From Chrysomallon squamiferum (taxonomy: Eukaryota > Animalia > Mollusca): a stretch of 64,000 bases of DNA. This document shows, in pieces, positions 27,089 to 41,775 of this stretch. Position numbers and translations under genes: made by a program. How positions within the stretch are numbered: position 1 is the stretch's first letter; the number at the start of each line of letters is the position of its first letter. The stretch is taken from the NCBI GenBank assembly GCA_012295275.1, contig CM022665.1, forward strand, positions 44,826,001 to 44,890,000, given 5' to 3'. The notes under the pieces are model-generated. The model worked only from the letters and a program-made list of their open reading frames with translations. It was not told the DNA's origin and did not search any database.

Positions 27089-27340
27089 TCTGTAAAATAC
27101 GTTGTAATCTCTAAGTATATACTTATCTATAAAATACGTTGTAATCTCTAAGTATATACTTATCTATAAAATACGTTGTAATCTCTAACTACAAACTTAT
27201 CTACAAAATATATTGTAATCTCTAAGAATATACTTATCTACAAAATATATTGTAATCTCTCAGTACACACTTATCTATAAAATATACTGAATCTCTAAGT
27301 GTATCCTGATAATATATAAAACACACTGCAATTTCTAAGC
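27089..27340. repeat. 37-bp minisatellite (~6 copies)
   Basis: tctataaaatacgttgtaatctctaagtatatactta is repeated; gttgtaatct occurs at 27101 and 27138. Confidence 0.88.
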
Positions 27341-27791
27341 GTGTACCGATGCTCACTACATAATCGAATCTCTCACTGTGTACGCGTTCTTATCGTGAAA
27401 CTGGCTTTGACGCAGAGACATGAAGGAAAACTTCCAGTTATGAATTACCAAGGAACAACACTGATAGCGGGAGAGTGAAGTTCGGTTTTGTCACCGGTTC
27501 GTGACGTTAAGTGCACTTTGTGTATTAAGTTATGTGTTGTGATTTGAGGGTCAAGTGATGGGGGGACGGAAGCGGAGAGGACTCAGAGCGAGGCTCCACG
27601 TCTAATCAGCTCGCTTGTTTGGTCAGCTGTGTTCTCGAGGAGAGACTGGGCTGGTTGGAGGAAGAGGAATTTTGAGTTTGTGAGGTTGATGAATGTGTTT
27701 TTTTTTTTTTTTGTGGTGGGTTTTGTTTTGTTTTTGTTTTATTTGTTTGTGTTGTGTGTATTTGTTGTGTGTGTGTGTTTGTGTTTGTGTT

Positions 27792-27834
<43 letters not shown>

Positions 27835-28614
27835 TAGAGAGAGAAATATATATATATAGAGAGAGAGAAACAGAGAGAGAAACAGAAAGAGAGAGAGAGA
27901 GAGTGAGATATGTGTATGTGAAAGTCAGACAGAAAATTATTGTATGTGGATAAGTATCTTTACAAGTTATCATGTATGAATGTAAATACATATATGTATG
28001 AAGGCATATTAAAGATAACTAGATACGTTTGTCTGTATGTATGTTTGTACATATGTGCGTACACAGATATGTATGTTTGTATGTTTGAATATACGTATGT
28101 ATGTATACAATATATATATATATTTATGTGTGTATGCGATTTGTATGTATGTAAATACATCTGTACTTATCTACGAAAGTAAAACTAAATTCTAGTTTAA
28201 CCTACAGCCAATACTTTTTTTTTTTTTTTATTAAACCTTCTAACGAACTAAACAGTTCTTATTCAACGATCACCACCAGACCACAGAGATAATTACAAAA
28301 CCCCAAAACCCCAACAGTGAAAATATCACTATCCGTCTACTACATCCTTACTTACGGTTATTGCCACGGTAACGGCGCTTTAAACGTTCGTCAGTGGGGT
28401 TTTTTAACGCGCGCGTTACAATACAACGACAGTCATCGCTCAATTTCGTAGGTGAGGATATCGCGTGGGTCGTACGACCTACGACGCGGTCGCGATTTTA
28501 AATTGTCGGAATGGACCGTTAACGACGACGACTTCACAGTCATCGGGCAACTACTGATTAAACACGTCGACTCGCACAGAGGCCAGACGCGTGCTTCTCC
28601 GTCTTCGTTTTGTT

Positions 28615-28628
28615 GTGTCCATGGCAAC
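28615..28628. promoter_or_regulatory. RFX X-box-like site GTGTCCATGGCAAC
   Basis: Has a perfect CCATGGCAAC half. A second site, ATTGCCACGGTAAC, lies at 28360-28373 in the same island. Confidence 0.4.
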
Positions 28629-28638
28629 GGGTGTCTCC

Positions 28639-28674
<36 letters not shown>

Positions 28675-28828
28675 TTTTTTTCAATCAAACACACTGGCGA
28701 TGTTTCTCGATTCGTCGGTAGTGGGTTGGTGCACGCCTTCTCCTGGGCAAACAAGAACAGGTGCTGCTCGTGTTGTGTAGAAAAAAAAAAATTAAAAAAT
28801 GTGTCGTAGTGGTAGCGGCAGCGGCAGC

Positions 28829-28978
28829 GGTGGTTGTAGTTGTGGTTGTAGTTGTGGTTGTAGTTGTGGTTGTAATTGCGGTTGTAGTTGTGGTTGTAGT
28901 TGTGGTTGTAATTGTGGTTGTAGTTGTGGTTGTAGTTGTCGTTGTAGTTGTGGTTGTAGTTGTGGTTGTAGTTGTGGT
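28829..28978. repeat. 12-bp tandem repeat (GTTGTAGTTGTG)n
   Basis: Directly visible; it produces the spurious QPQL and CGCS ORFs. Confidence 0.9.
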
Positions 28979-29362
28979 CTTACTGGCAATAGAAACGCCT
29001 CCGTATTTTATTCTAAATTAAACAGTAGTAACGATAGTGGTAGAAGTCGTTGTTGTGGTAGTAGTTGTAGCTGGAGATATTTAGTTTTCATGTTTCCTGA
29101 ATTTGGCATCTAAACACTTGCAGCAGTAGTAGCTGTAGTAGTAACAGATTTACATCTGACAGAAACAGCAGTCGTAGTGGCAGTAACTGATGGGTGTAAC
29201 AGTAATAACAGTAAGAGTGGTAACCGTTGTAACAGAAGTAGTAATAGCAGTAATAGTGTTAGTAAAAGCAGCAGCAGCAACAGTAGTAGTTGTTATAGTA
29301 GTAGTAGTATCGAAGCAGAAGTAGAGTAGTAGTAGTAGTAGTATCAGCTGTAGTATTGGTTG

Positions 29363-29393
<31 letters not shown>

Positions 29394-29646
29394 CAGTAGT
29401 AGAAGAAGAAGTAGTAGGAGTATTGGAGGTGGTAGTAATAGTAGCAGTGTTGGTAGTAGCAGCAAAAGTAGTAGTAATAATAGTAGAAGTAGTAGTAGTA
29501 GTAGCAGCAGCAGTAGTAGTAGTAGTAGTAGTAGCAGCAGCAGTAGTAGTAGTAGTAGCAGTTGTAGTAATAGTACTAGTATCGTAGTAGTATCGTAGTA
29601 GAAGTTGGAATAGTAGCAACAGTAGTGTTGGTAGCAGCAGCAGCAA

Positions 29647-29700
<54 letters not shown>

Positions 29701-30684
29701 CAGTAACACCGTAATAGTAACAGTAGTAGTTATAGTAGCTGCTGTGGTAGTAGTGGTAGTAATATTAACAGTAATGATATATTATTTTTTTTTTCCCGTG
29801 TTACTGTTTATCAATTTCTGCCCTTCACCGAACAGAAACGACCATCGACGCTATTCATCAAAGCATGTCAGTTTTACAACAGTCAATTAATTATCTCCCT
29901 CACCTTCCGTACAAATAGCTTGGAGCCGCTGGCGTGATTAACTACCATTCCTCCATAACGATCGATTAATTATCCCGCCGAACCTCGATCCCGACATTTC
30001 CCCCACGTCTTCGTTTTCACCAACAGCCAAGTAATAAGTTCGTTGTTGAATACTTCTTATTTTATTTTTTTTATTTTTTTTTTTGATAACTAATAATTAA
30101 TTATGAATTAAGTTATCTGTTTTCACCGTCTCTCCTATCTCTTCACCCAGTACGCTGCAAGGAACCGCCAATATTTTAGTTTTTGTTTCACCACCCCTTC
30201 ATTCTATCTTCGTAACTGTCAGTTGATGATATCTATCGTACAATAGCTAAGACGACCCGGCCCCTCTCCTCCGTCGTTTCACGAATGTCGGCTGTAAACA
30301 GCACATGCAAGTTTGTTGGCTTGGAAATGATTAAACTTTTATGAATTTGTCTACGGTTAACAACACTGTAATACAAGTAAAATGTAGACAATACAAACTA
30401 GATAGCAGTGGCGATAGATGCGAGTTCCTTTGGGGGATATCGGTTAGGTTAATCAGTTGTCTTTATTATCAACGTCATCACTGGAGTTATCATCGTCGTT
30501 GTTGTTGTCGTCGTATTAGTCGTCATTGCCATATTGCTGTATCTGCGATATGCGATACCTTTTGCCGTCATCATCATCATCATCGTTTTTCATTATCATC
30601 ATTGTCATTATTATTATTTTCTTCAGTTGACGTTAAAATATATTACACTAATAATGTCATCGTAAAAAGTGATATGATTTAGAC

Positions 30685-31147
30685 CCTGACATTAACAAAT
30701 ACGACAGTGATATTATTTCATCTTAAATTTTAATTGACGATTTTGTTACGAACAGTAATGTATATGGTACTCTTTCTAAAACGTGATATGATTTTGTTAC
30801 CGACATTGACAAATATGACACCGATGATGTCATTCTAAAACGATATGATTTTGTTACAGACATTAACAAATACGGCACTAAGAATAATAAAATACAATGT
30901 CATTCTAAAATGTGATGTCATTTTGTTACAGACATTAACAAATACGACACTAACAATAATAAAATACAATGTCATTCTAAAAAGTGATGTGAAACTAATA
31001 GACATTATAAAACGTGAATAATGTTTTTTACAGACATTAACGAATTTGAAACTGATAGACATTCTAAAACGCGATATGGTTCTGTTACAGACATCAAGGA
31101 ATACGACACTAACAATATGTCATTCTAAAACGTGACGATTCTTATCT

Positions 31148-31182
<35 letters not shown>

Positions 31183-31370
31183 ATTTGTTTACAGACATTA
31201 ACAAACACCACACTAACAATACGCCATTCTAAAACGTGACGTTATTCTGTTACAGACATCAACAAATACGACACTAACAATACGCCATTCTAAAAAAACG
31301 CGATGCTATTTTTTTTTACAGACATTAACGAACACGACACTAACAATCAGTCATTCTAAAACGCGATGCT
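30685..31370. repeat. ~60-bp degenerate minisatellite (~10 copies)
   Basis: ttgttacagacattaacaaatacgacactaacaata...gtcattctaaaacgtga is repeated, with a (CT)n interruption near 31153. Confidence 0.85.
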
Positions 31371-32348
31371 ACTGAGTTATCTGATGACAAAATAAAGGAT
31401 TAAAAAACCAACAAAACAACCGACAAGACATACGAGAGGGGCTATCAAATGCTGTCCGCTGAGGACAAATGGTCATCGTTCTAAATGTCTGACCTGCTGA
31501 TCACCAACGGCTTTGTTAAAACGATCATCAGGAATTATTACCAGCAGCAGCAGCATGGTTATGAGAGAACACGTTAAGAGCGAACAAAAAAAAAAAATGA
31601 AAAAACGTGCGAGTTCTTCGAGAGATGATGAATGAGAAGAAATGCTAATAGTGACAAATCTAATACAACTCAGCGATCTGGGAATAGGAGTCGTTATGGT
31701 TTCACCTGCCGCTCATATCGCGGCGTTGAGTTCGAGATGTTTTTATTTACGCGTGAGCTCGGTTTGTCTCTGTTCTCGTCTCTCTTCGAATACATCTGTC
31801 TCTTTGTTCTGTCCACCTAAGTGTAAATGTAGTGTCTGTGTGTATATATACGTGTGTCCTTCCAGTTAAATGTCTTCCTATCAACATTCTTGTCTGTCCA
31901 TTCAGCCATCCATCCGTCTGTACGTTTATCTATCCATTCTTATATATATCTGTCTATCTATCTATCTATCTATCTATATATCTATCTATCTATCTATCTG
32001 TCTGTCTATCTATCTGTCTGTCTGTTTATCTGTCTGTCTGTCTGTCGTTCTATCGTTATATCTTTCTGATTGACTATCTATCTGCTATCTATGGTTATAT
32101 CGTTATATCTTTATATCTGTTTGAATATCTGTCTGTCTGTCTGTGTATAGACCAGTGTGTGTCTGTCTAGCTTCTGGTTGTCTGAGTTTTTTACGTCTGC
32201 ATCCATTTCATTGCTCCGTGTCTGTCTGTCTGTCTGTCCACCAATCCAACTGTTGGCAAACATTTAAAACTTCACACATTTAATTATTCAACAACACATA
32301 CACACTTATAGGCAAATACACCGAGAGAGAGGGAGAAAGGGAGGGAGG

Positions 32349-32412
<64 letters not shown>

Positions 32413-32805
32413 AGACAGAGAGACTAACAAATCTATTATTTCTCAGAAAACACAAACGGATGCCAAAAACAAACCCACGATTCCAGTCAAACTCGAGTAC
32501 AGATATAGCATTTCTTTAACAGCAAAACATCACCCAGTTACCGTAACAGTAGTTCTGAAATTAGCTGAAACCAGATGGGAAAAAGCTTCTTGAGAAAACA
32601 ATCAATCTTTCTTTTTTTTTTTTTTTCTTGGAACGATCGTGGCGACATTATGTACAGTGGACTGTTGGCGATGTTTCAAAGTCTTTGTAATAATATACGT
32701 GTAAACTCGTCACTTGTGTTTATCAATCAAATTGTTGGCGTGACAGAAGAGCAGAGTCTTTTTTATTTTTTATTTTTTATTTTTTTTAAAAGCGCAGTTA
32801 AAAGC

Positions 32806-32876
<71 letters not shown>

Positions 32877-33243
32877 AAGATAAGAAGTCGGAAGAGAGAC
32901 GTAATGAGAAAGAGAAGGTAAGAAATTCACAAGGATGAGAGACCATTAACAAAAACGAAAAGATACGTGACAGATACTTTGACAGACAGACAGAAGCAGA
33001 GACGGACATTTAAACTGTCAACATTGGATGATCAGTACATGAAAGAGAAAGAGAAAGAAAACAAAGAAAGATGGATGAATTAATACATGGATGAAAAAAA
33101 AAAAGAGAAAGAAGGGAGTAAAAAGAAAGAAAATCAGAGTAACCAAAAAAAAAAAACTTTATCCAAATAAAAAAAAAAAAAAAAAAATAATAATAATAAT
33201 AATAATAATAACAACAGTAATAATAATAATAATAATAACAACA

Positions 33244-33285
<42 letters not shown>

Positions 33286-33472
33286 AGACCTGGCAAGAAA
33301 AAGAGAAAAGAAAAAAAAAAAAAAGAAAGAAAATCACACAGAATAATAAAAATAAAAGACATGACAAGCAAAACGTAATCTAATTACACATTCTGTATTG
33401 CCTAATCGCCCCTGAAAAAATGAATCCTGAGAAAAATCTAACGATCAAGTGCACAACTAAACCGTTTCTGAG

Positions 33473-33514
<42 letters not shown>

Positions 33515-34290
33515 AGAAGAAGAAAAAAAGCAACTGAACTAATAGTTTTACCGAAGCCAAACGTGATTTTTTTTTTTTTTTATCTTCTTCTTCCACAATC
33601 ATTGCATATCAGTTCTTTTTTTTTTTTTTTTTTTCTCGTTTTTGTGCATTTTCTTCTGTGACATTTCAGCAGTGCATTAAAGTGCAATTTAGGCTAGCAC
33701 CCTCGATTCGTAATTGGCGCATATGCATAAAAAAGGTCTTGACAATCTTTTTTATTTTTTTATTTTTTTATTATTTTTTTTTTTTTCAACGCAGCTTATT
33801 TCGCTGGGACCAGTAACAGCCTCGTTTTCGAGCGGAGAACGAACCCTCGAGAGCAACTTCAGTTGAACAGCTGTCCGTGATATCAAAGAGTTGTTATTTT
33901 AGATTGCCGCTTCAGGTGCCTTCGTTTCCAGACCAGTAGAAAGGTCTTCTTCTTCTTCTTCATTTTTTTTCCCCCATGTAAGAATTGTTCCTTAATTGTT
34001 GAAAGCAGAGGGGAAATAAAAAAAAAAAAAAAAAAAAAAAAGAACGAGAGAAAGAGCTGAATCCCATTTGCACGAATGTTTCTGAAAATCGCTGAGTTGA
34101 TGTGACTGAAGGATAGATAATATTTTTATAAGCAGTCGTTATGATCGTGAAGGTTCAAGCATGCCTGTCGTGGTCAGAATTCACATTTTTTTTTTTTTTT
34201 TTTTTCAGTCGCGTCCGTGATAAGTTAAATGTTAAATGATTTCCCTAGGTCGTATAGATTATTATTTATCATCATCATCATCATCATTGC

Positions 34291-34329
<39 letters not shown>

Positions 34330-35784
34330 ACTCTTTACTTACTAGCCAAAGGAGAATAATATATTCATATCATGAACGTACGAAAGAATAAAAAGGAAAT
34401 ATTAAAATACTTATAAGAAAAAAGAAAGAACAAACGATTAAAAAGATATAAAACGGAATAAAAAAAGAAAAAAAAAAGGGGGCTGAAAATAGAATGAATA
34501 AAGAAAGAAGTAAGGAAGAAAAGAAAAAAAAGAAAAAAGGAAAGAAATACGAAAAAAAAAAAAAAAAAAAAAAGAAAAATAAGAAAGAAAAAAGAAGAAA
34601 ACTGGCTTAAAACTTTAAATAAATATGTGAGACGGAATTTTAGACGTGGTCTATTATTAGATCAAATTTCCAAATGACCTCAAGGTTGACGTCAGTGTTC
34701 GTCGGCTTATCTCGTGTTTTGTACGAACTTGTATTAAAATATCCGAAAATTAACGAAATACGTAGACGCAGACCAAGCGACAATGATGGTTCATAATAGC
34801 TTCCAAAAGAGGTTCAAGCCTGCAAGCGTTTTTGGTTTGTTTTCTAGAAAATTCTTTGACGTTTTCCGACGAAAAATGTTCAGATTAATACCGTCACCTT
34901 TTCTTTAATTCCTGAATTTCACTTTCATTTCATATTTTCCTCTTTTTTTTTTTTTTTTTTAATTCTCGTATTTTCATTACTTTACTTCGTTGTTGTTATT
35001 CTAGGTTATTATTTTTATATATTTATTATTATTAATATTGTTTTCCCTTTTCTCATATTAATTTTTTTTTGTATTAATTATTTTATTTTATTTTTATCTT
35101 CTTTTTTTTTTTTTTTTTGTCCTACTTCATTTTTTTATTATCAAAAAAAAAAAAAAAAAAAAAAATAAAATTATATAATGAATTCCGTTTTTGGGATAAC
35201 CTATTTTTATTTTGTTTCTCATTCTTTTTTCTTTCTTTTTTTTTTTTTTCGATTTTTTATTTTTATATTATTTTTTAAATATTATATTTCGTTTCATTTA
35301 CCCACGTCCATACGATAATTTTACAATGTCGTACAAGGACAAGTGTATTTATGTAGACGAAATTTGCAAATTGACAACGGACAAGGATCGGTCATTTTTT
35401 ATTTTTTATTTTTTTTTTTTCTATATCGGTAAACCCTCAGGCCAGGTTGCTAATAACATGAAAACAGAAATAAAAAAAAAAAAAAAAAAAAATAAAAAAT
35501 AAAATAAAAAAATAAAAATTAAGAAAAAAAAAAGGACTGCAAGGTTTAAATAACTCAAAGATTACATTTCTAACTGAAGAAAGTACAAAAAGAGGTCTTA
35601 AATTTCAGTCAGATGTCAAATATTCTAAAATATTGAGAAAATGAATGGGGGAAAAGAAAAAAAAATAAATATAATAAAGACGTGAAATATCGAAAATAAA
35701 ATCTTTAATAGTGAAATTTGAAAAGAAAGACAGGAAAGTTATGACTGGGAGTGAAAAGAAAGGAAGAAAGATAAATGGAAGAGA

Positions 35785-35857
<73 letters not shown>

Positions 35858-36192
35858 TGTGTGTGTGTGTGTGTGTATGGGAGAGATATTAAATACAGAA
35901 ATTTTTAAATGTTACTATTTTTTTTATTATTTCAAAACAAAAACGAAGGTCACTGAAATGTTTTTCTCTAAAGACAAATCTCTTTTTTTTTATTGGCTCT
36001 GCAGGAACTTACACAGTATTAGTCTCCCTTCGAGTTCATAATCCCCCTTTTTGAACACTTTAAGTAAGAGATTTCTTCCAGAACGGGAAACAAAACACAA
36101 AAAAAAAAAAACCCGCCAGCTTAACTTCTTCTAACCCGCATAATAACATTTAAAACTCTTTACCACACGATTACATTGCGTTCTTTCACGCT

Positions 36193-36354
<162 letters not shown>

Positions 36355-36959
36355 AGGGGACCCATTCGTCGCGTGCTTTAACCAGTCTTCGACAACAGGC
36401 CCTGCAGCAAGAGCTGAAGAGTCCAAGAAGACTTAACACGTCTCCCAAGAAACAAAAACCAAAAATCCCCTCGCGTCCGAGTTAATGCTTAAGCAGTTTA
36501 ACGACACTTGCTGGACAGAGCCAGTCAGTGTCGCTGCCAGATACAACACTCGATAATTGTTAGACAAATGTGTTTAACGCGCGCCTCCCGCAGCTTGAAA
36601 GCTCGTTTCTTAGTCTCTCTCACTCTCACTCACTCGCTCACTCACTCACTCACTGACTCGCTCACTCGCTCGCTCATTCACTCGACAAGACAAGTCATTT
36701 TGAGACGAATGACGTGCTTCTTCTTCATCGTCAAAATTGATCATCGCAAACAGAAAACAACAGGGCGGGTGTGCTGCTGGTGGTGGAGGTTAGGGGGGGA
36801 AGGAAAAGGGGAAGGGGAGGTTGTGAAATGAAGGGAGGGGAAGGGAAGCGAGCGAGCGAGGTTGTGGAAATAAAATCTACATCTCAGATTAAGCTCCTAG
36901 ACTTCGCGGCTTCGCGATTTCTGGTAGGACAAGCTAGAAAGAAATTCATCCAGCTCTTG

Positions 36960-37235
36960 AAATTCAAAGCTCGTATTTCCCGTTCTAGAAAGAACCCATC
37001 CAGCCGCGGTGACGTCGGACAACGTAAAAATGACCGTTAGTTAAGCTTTCCGCGTCAACGCTTTGACACTGTTCAAAGCTTACGGCGTGTATTTTCCCGT
37101 TCTAGAAAGAACCCACCCAGCCGTGGTGAAGTCGAGTTACTTGCCGAGTCAAATGACCATTAGTTGATATTCCGCGTCAACGGTTTAGCATTGCGTCTTT
37201 CAGTTCACTGCATTATTTCCCGTTCTAGTCAGTGC
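36960..37235. repeat. ~120-bp tandem repeat (2.5 copies)
   Basis: tttcccgttctag occurs at about 36976, 37094 and 37216, with shared aagaaccca...gtcg...aaatgacc...ttccgcgtcaacg. Confidence 0.75.
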
Positions 37236-37308
37236 GCCATTAATATGAGATTACAGCATTAAGGGAAGAGGCAGATAAAAAAAGACTGCTAGTTAATAAT
37301 ATAGATGA

Positions 37309-37347
<39 letters not shown>

Positions 37348-39849
37348 TAATATAATGATTATTAAAGAACCCTCAATCCATACACACATACATACATACA
37401 TACATACAAACACACATATATATACATATATACATACATACATACACACATACATACATAAATACACAATACATACATACATACATACATACATACATAC
37501 ATACATACATACATACATACACATACACACACATATATTAATGCATGCACACACACAATGCTTTAATAGATAATGACTCTAATTTATTCCACAGTAGAAA
37601 AAAAAGTTAACTTTTATCTAAATATGCTTGTTATTTGATTACATTAAATGTTCAGTAAAACAAAAAATATCAGACATTTGCATTACCTAGCCAATGTAGA
37701 TTGTCGGTAATTAATATTAATACTGTTTCAAACAGTAAATAACTACTAGACGTCTGTCGTGACTGACTTTGTAAAGGTTTCGCAGTTATACGTAAAAAGA
37801 AATATGACCCAACATAATGTGGTAAAAAATTATATCCAGATAAACCTTGGCAAAAATAATACGCAATGAAAAACTGCAGCAGGATCGCATGAAATAATTG
37901 AGATACATCTGCAAGAAAAAATATCACCGCACTTTATTACAAATCCATTATCAATGAAGTTTAACTTTCCAGAAGAGTTTCGGAACGTAATAAGTTTATA
38001 CATATTCATGAAGTTTATAAATTTCCGACAGTTCGTATATTTACGATGTTCACTATGGTATCACAAAGAAACAAAAAAAAAAAAAAAATTTTAATAATAT
38101 GGTTTAATGAATAATTGGTTAAAAAAAAGATTTAATAACTGTATTTTATGGAATAATGGAGTATTTTGTAAAGAAATGCAGTATTAATATTTTAAAAGGG
38201 AACAAAAAACGTAAAATATATATTGATTTTTAAATATTGAAGATTTGCATAAATGGATCTTGATGTTAATAATGATAATTATCACAATAACAATAACAAC
38301 AATAATAACAATAACAAGAATAATAACAATAATAACAATAACAATAATAACAACAACAACAACAACAACAATAATAACAGCAACAACAATAACAATATAA
38401 TAACAACATCAGCAACAACAACAGCAATAAAAATGGCTATGATAATAAATAAATACAATAAGAGCAAAAAGAGAAGGATGATGATGATGATGATAAATAA
38501 CAGTAAGAAGAAGAGAAAAAAAGAGACAATGAAGATTATAATAATATCAATGATGATGGTGAATGCTCATAAATGAAAAGAAGAAGAAGAAGAAGAAGAA
38601 GAAGAAAGAAAGAAAGAAAAAAAAAAAAAAAAACCAAGTGTAAAGCCAATAGAAGATCCTAATACACGATACATCCACTCGAAAATTACATAAACAAAAG
38701 TTAATCGCTTGATACGAAACAATCCGAAGAACGTGTCGAATGACACACAACAAAATTTCCAGCTCGCTAACGTACTGATTTGAAAGAAAATTCGGTTACG
38801 CGTCTAGACTCAGATTTCAAGTCACAAGCTGAGAGCTGTCACAGTTCTTTGGATCGCTGTCAAATTTAGTTTAATTTAGGGTCAAACTGCCAAAAAAAAA
38901 AAAAACACGTTATTACAGTAACGTGTCTCCTTGTATTCTCGACAGCCTCCCAAATTCGATCAACGTATTTTTTTTTTTTTTTTTTTTTTTTTTTGCACTG
39001 GGCGAGTGGAGTCAAAAAAAAAAATTTGTTACTGAAAAGAGTTGCGAAACGAAATGAAAATATATACATTTGCAAATGGATGCTGGTATGTTGTGGGTGA
39101 AAGAAACACGTCTTGAAATTAAGGACGTCGTTCATAGAAGCGTTATTCTTCCAAGATGTTTCCACTGAAATTAAATTTTAAAAAATAAAAAAAAATAAAA
39201 TAAAAAATCGGTCATGGTGAATGATGGTAGATTTCAGAGACGTCAGTAATATTAGTTTATTTTTGTGTGTTGACGTCTCTGTGTCGGTAACGAGGATGGA
39301 AATACGTCGGCTGCTTTCTCATAAGAAGATGACAGACATTTGCACGGACGGAAACTATTCCGCGAGAAATCGAGACTAAAGTCTAGCTGAATTTCACTCA
39401 CTTTTGATTTTTATGGAATTTTTCTTTTTTTTCACTTCGCTTCATTTATATATTTTTATTTTTTTATTTTTTTTTATTTTGATTAACAGCTTGATGGATT
39501 ATTAATTTATTCACATTTCAAAAAAAGAGAGACGGACATACACACTTTATATATCATTTCACACGATCAAAAAAACTCACATCCACGTCCATTTCAAACT
39601 ATAAACTGACTCGCTCGCTGGTGAATTACTGAACTGATGAATTAATGTATGCAGGTATATTTTCATAGCGGCCTTTCAACGTATACTTTGTCAGTTTTGG
39701 CTAACGACAGACAACACAGCGCTACAGAACTTCGATTAATTTTCTGTCATCTCGCAAGCCATGGATGTCAAACATTTGGTAATTGTGACACATCCCGTAT
39801 TCAGTGAAATCACGCTGCGCTTTTCCATTAAGGGCAAAGTCGTGTACAT

Positions 39850-40790
39850 GCATATTACACTCACTAATACAGTGAACAATACACAGCACAGTTTATGATC
39901 TACTAATATATATGTATATTATATTCACTTTCCCGTAAACCAAAATACTGCATGATCTACCGTTGATATACGTATATAGTACATGTTAACTTTCCCTCAA
40001 ACAAGAACAATAGTGTACGTGTATATTATAATACAATAGAACAGTATACAGCACAGTTTGTGTTGTACTAGTATATATGTATATTATATTCACTTTCCCG
40101 AAAACCAAAATACTGCATGATCTACGACTGATATACGAATCTATATTACAATAAATTTCCCTCAAACCATGACAATAGTGTATATTATGTTCACAGTCAC
40201 ATACAGCAGAAGAGTATACAGCGTATTCTATGTTGTACTAATATATATATATATATACTAGTATATATATATATATATATATATATATAACAGAACAATA
40301 ATAAAACATTGTCTATATTCATATTGCACTAGTATGTCAAGAGTTTGGTTCCAAAACGCTATAAATCCATTTTCTTTGTTTTTGAGAAAAATGACTATTT
40401 CTGCTCTGGCGTTTATAACGTTTTGCAACGAGAGTCTAGTCTACTACTGCGTAGATCAGCGGTGAATATAGAATTCTGGGAAAAAATGACTATGGGGCGT
40501 TGAAAAGCCGTCAAATGCTGAACTTTTGGTGGCGTTTTTTGGTTTTTAAATTTTGATTTTTCGCGTTTATCGCGTTTTCGAATTAAAGTCTTCATATGTT
40601 TATTACGTTCACTTTCCCATACAACAGAACAATATACAGCGAGGTCTGTGTTGTACTAGTATATATATATATATATTACATTCACTCTCCCATATAAGAA
40701 AACAACATACGGCATAGTCTATAATGTAATGGTAACAGAACACTGGTTTGAATGGGAAAAAAGTACCAACAGGGCATCGACGAACAGGTA
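39850..40790. repeat. Higher-order tandem array (~55-bp subunits, 165-bp period), probably amplified from a SINE core
   Basis: cactttcccg...aaaccaaaatactgcatgatctac occurs at 39926 and 40091. Further degenerate subunits continue to about 40700, interrupted by unrelated sequence at about 40335-40600. Confidence 0.65.
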
Positions 40791-41361
40791 ACAAAGACTG
40801 ACCAAAAGAAAATTCAGATTTACTCTTGTGACAGCTGTTATACTATTTTATATCGGTCATCAAACACGAATTTGCTCAGATACTCGAAAGTTTTTCTTTC
40901 ATTCTGCCTACGACCTCCTTTACCAACACTCGGTTTGCTCAAGTACGAAATGCTGACAGCCCAAGTTAGAACTAGAACACTTGATCAGTTCCGCTCTGTA
41001 AGAAACAGTAACGACGAAATCACGTGACAAACACGAGTGTTATTGGTCTAATACACACTTCCCAGCTGGTCTAATACACACTTCCCAGCTGGTCTAATAT
41101 TATTTTAACGATTATTTCGTGTAATACTGGTAAATTTATTAAAACTCCAACAGCCTTTCTTTTCAAACTGAGATTTAATTCTTCCTAACTGGGCGACGTA
41201 GAAATGATTACAAACTATGAATAATAAGAAACAGAAACACCAACGACGAAATAGCATGACAAACACGAGTTGTTTTAATCACTAATGAAATGTTTTATAT
41301 TAAAAGGGACGTTTGATCGTCAAGCTACATCTTGCCCATTTCGTTTTTGTTTCGTTCTTTC

Positions 41362-41441
<80 letters not shown>

Positions 41442-41677
41442 CCTCTCTCTCCCTTTCTCCCTCCCTCACTCTCTCTGTAACTCAAGAATCTTGCATTTCT
41501 GTCAGCTTCGCGAATAACATTATCTCTCTCTCTCTCTCTTTCCAGACTCGGCGAGGAAACACGAGACGATCTTTTTGGTGCTGTCTGCCACGCCGACTAA
41601 CAACGGTGGGGGGGGATCGCAGCTTGAGTGACAGCAGCAGGAATGATTATGACGTCTTCACAATGGCCGACACCGAG

Positions 41678-41775
<98 letters not shown>

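Noticed and set aside
28792-29113. Cys-rich CGCSCGCS ORF (metallothionein- or KAP-like) and QPQL ORF
   Set aside because: Both are translations of a 12-bp tandem repeat within GTA/GTT low-complexity DNA, with no splice or other coding support.
27089-31370. 37-bp and ~60-bp periodic arrays as possible CRISPR arrays
   Set aside because: The units are contiguous with no unique spacers, there are no cas genes, and the context is a eukaryotic intron.
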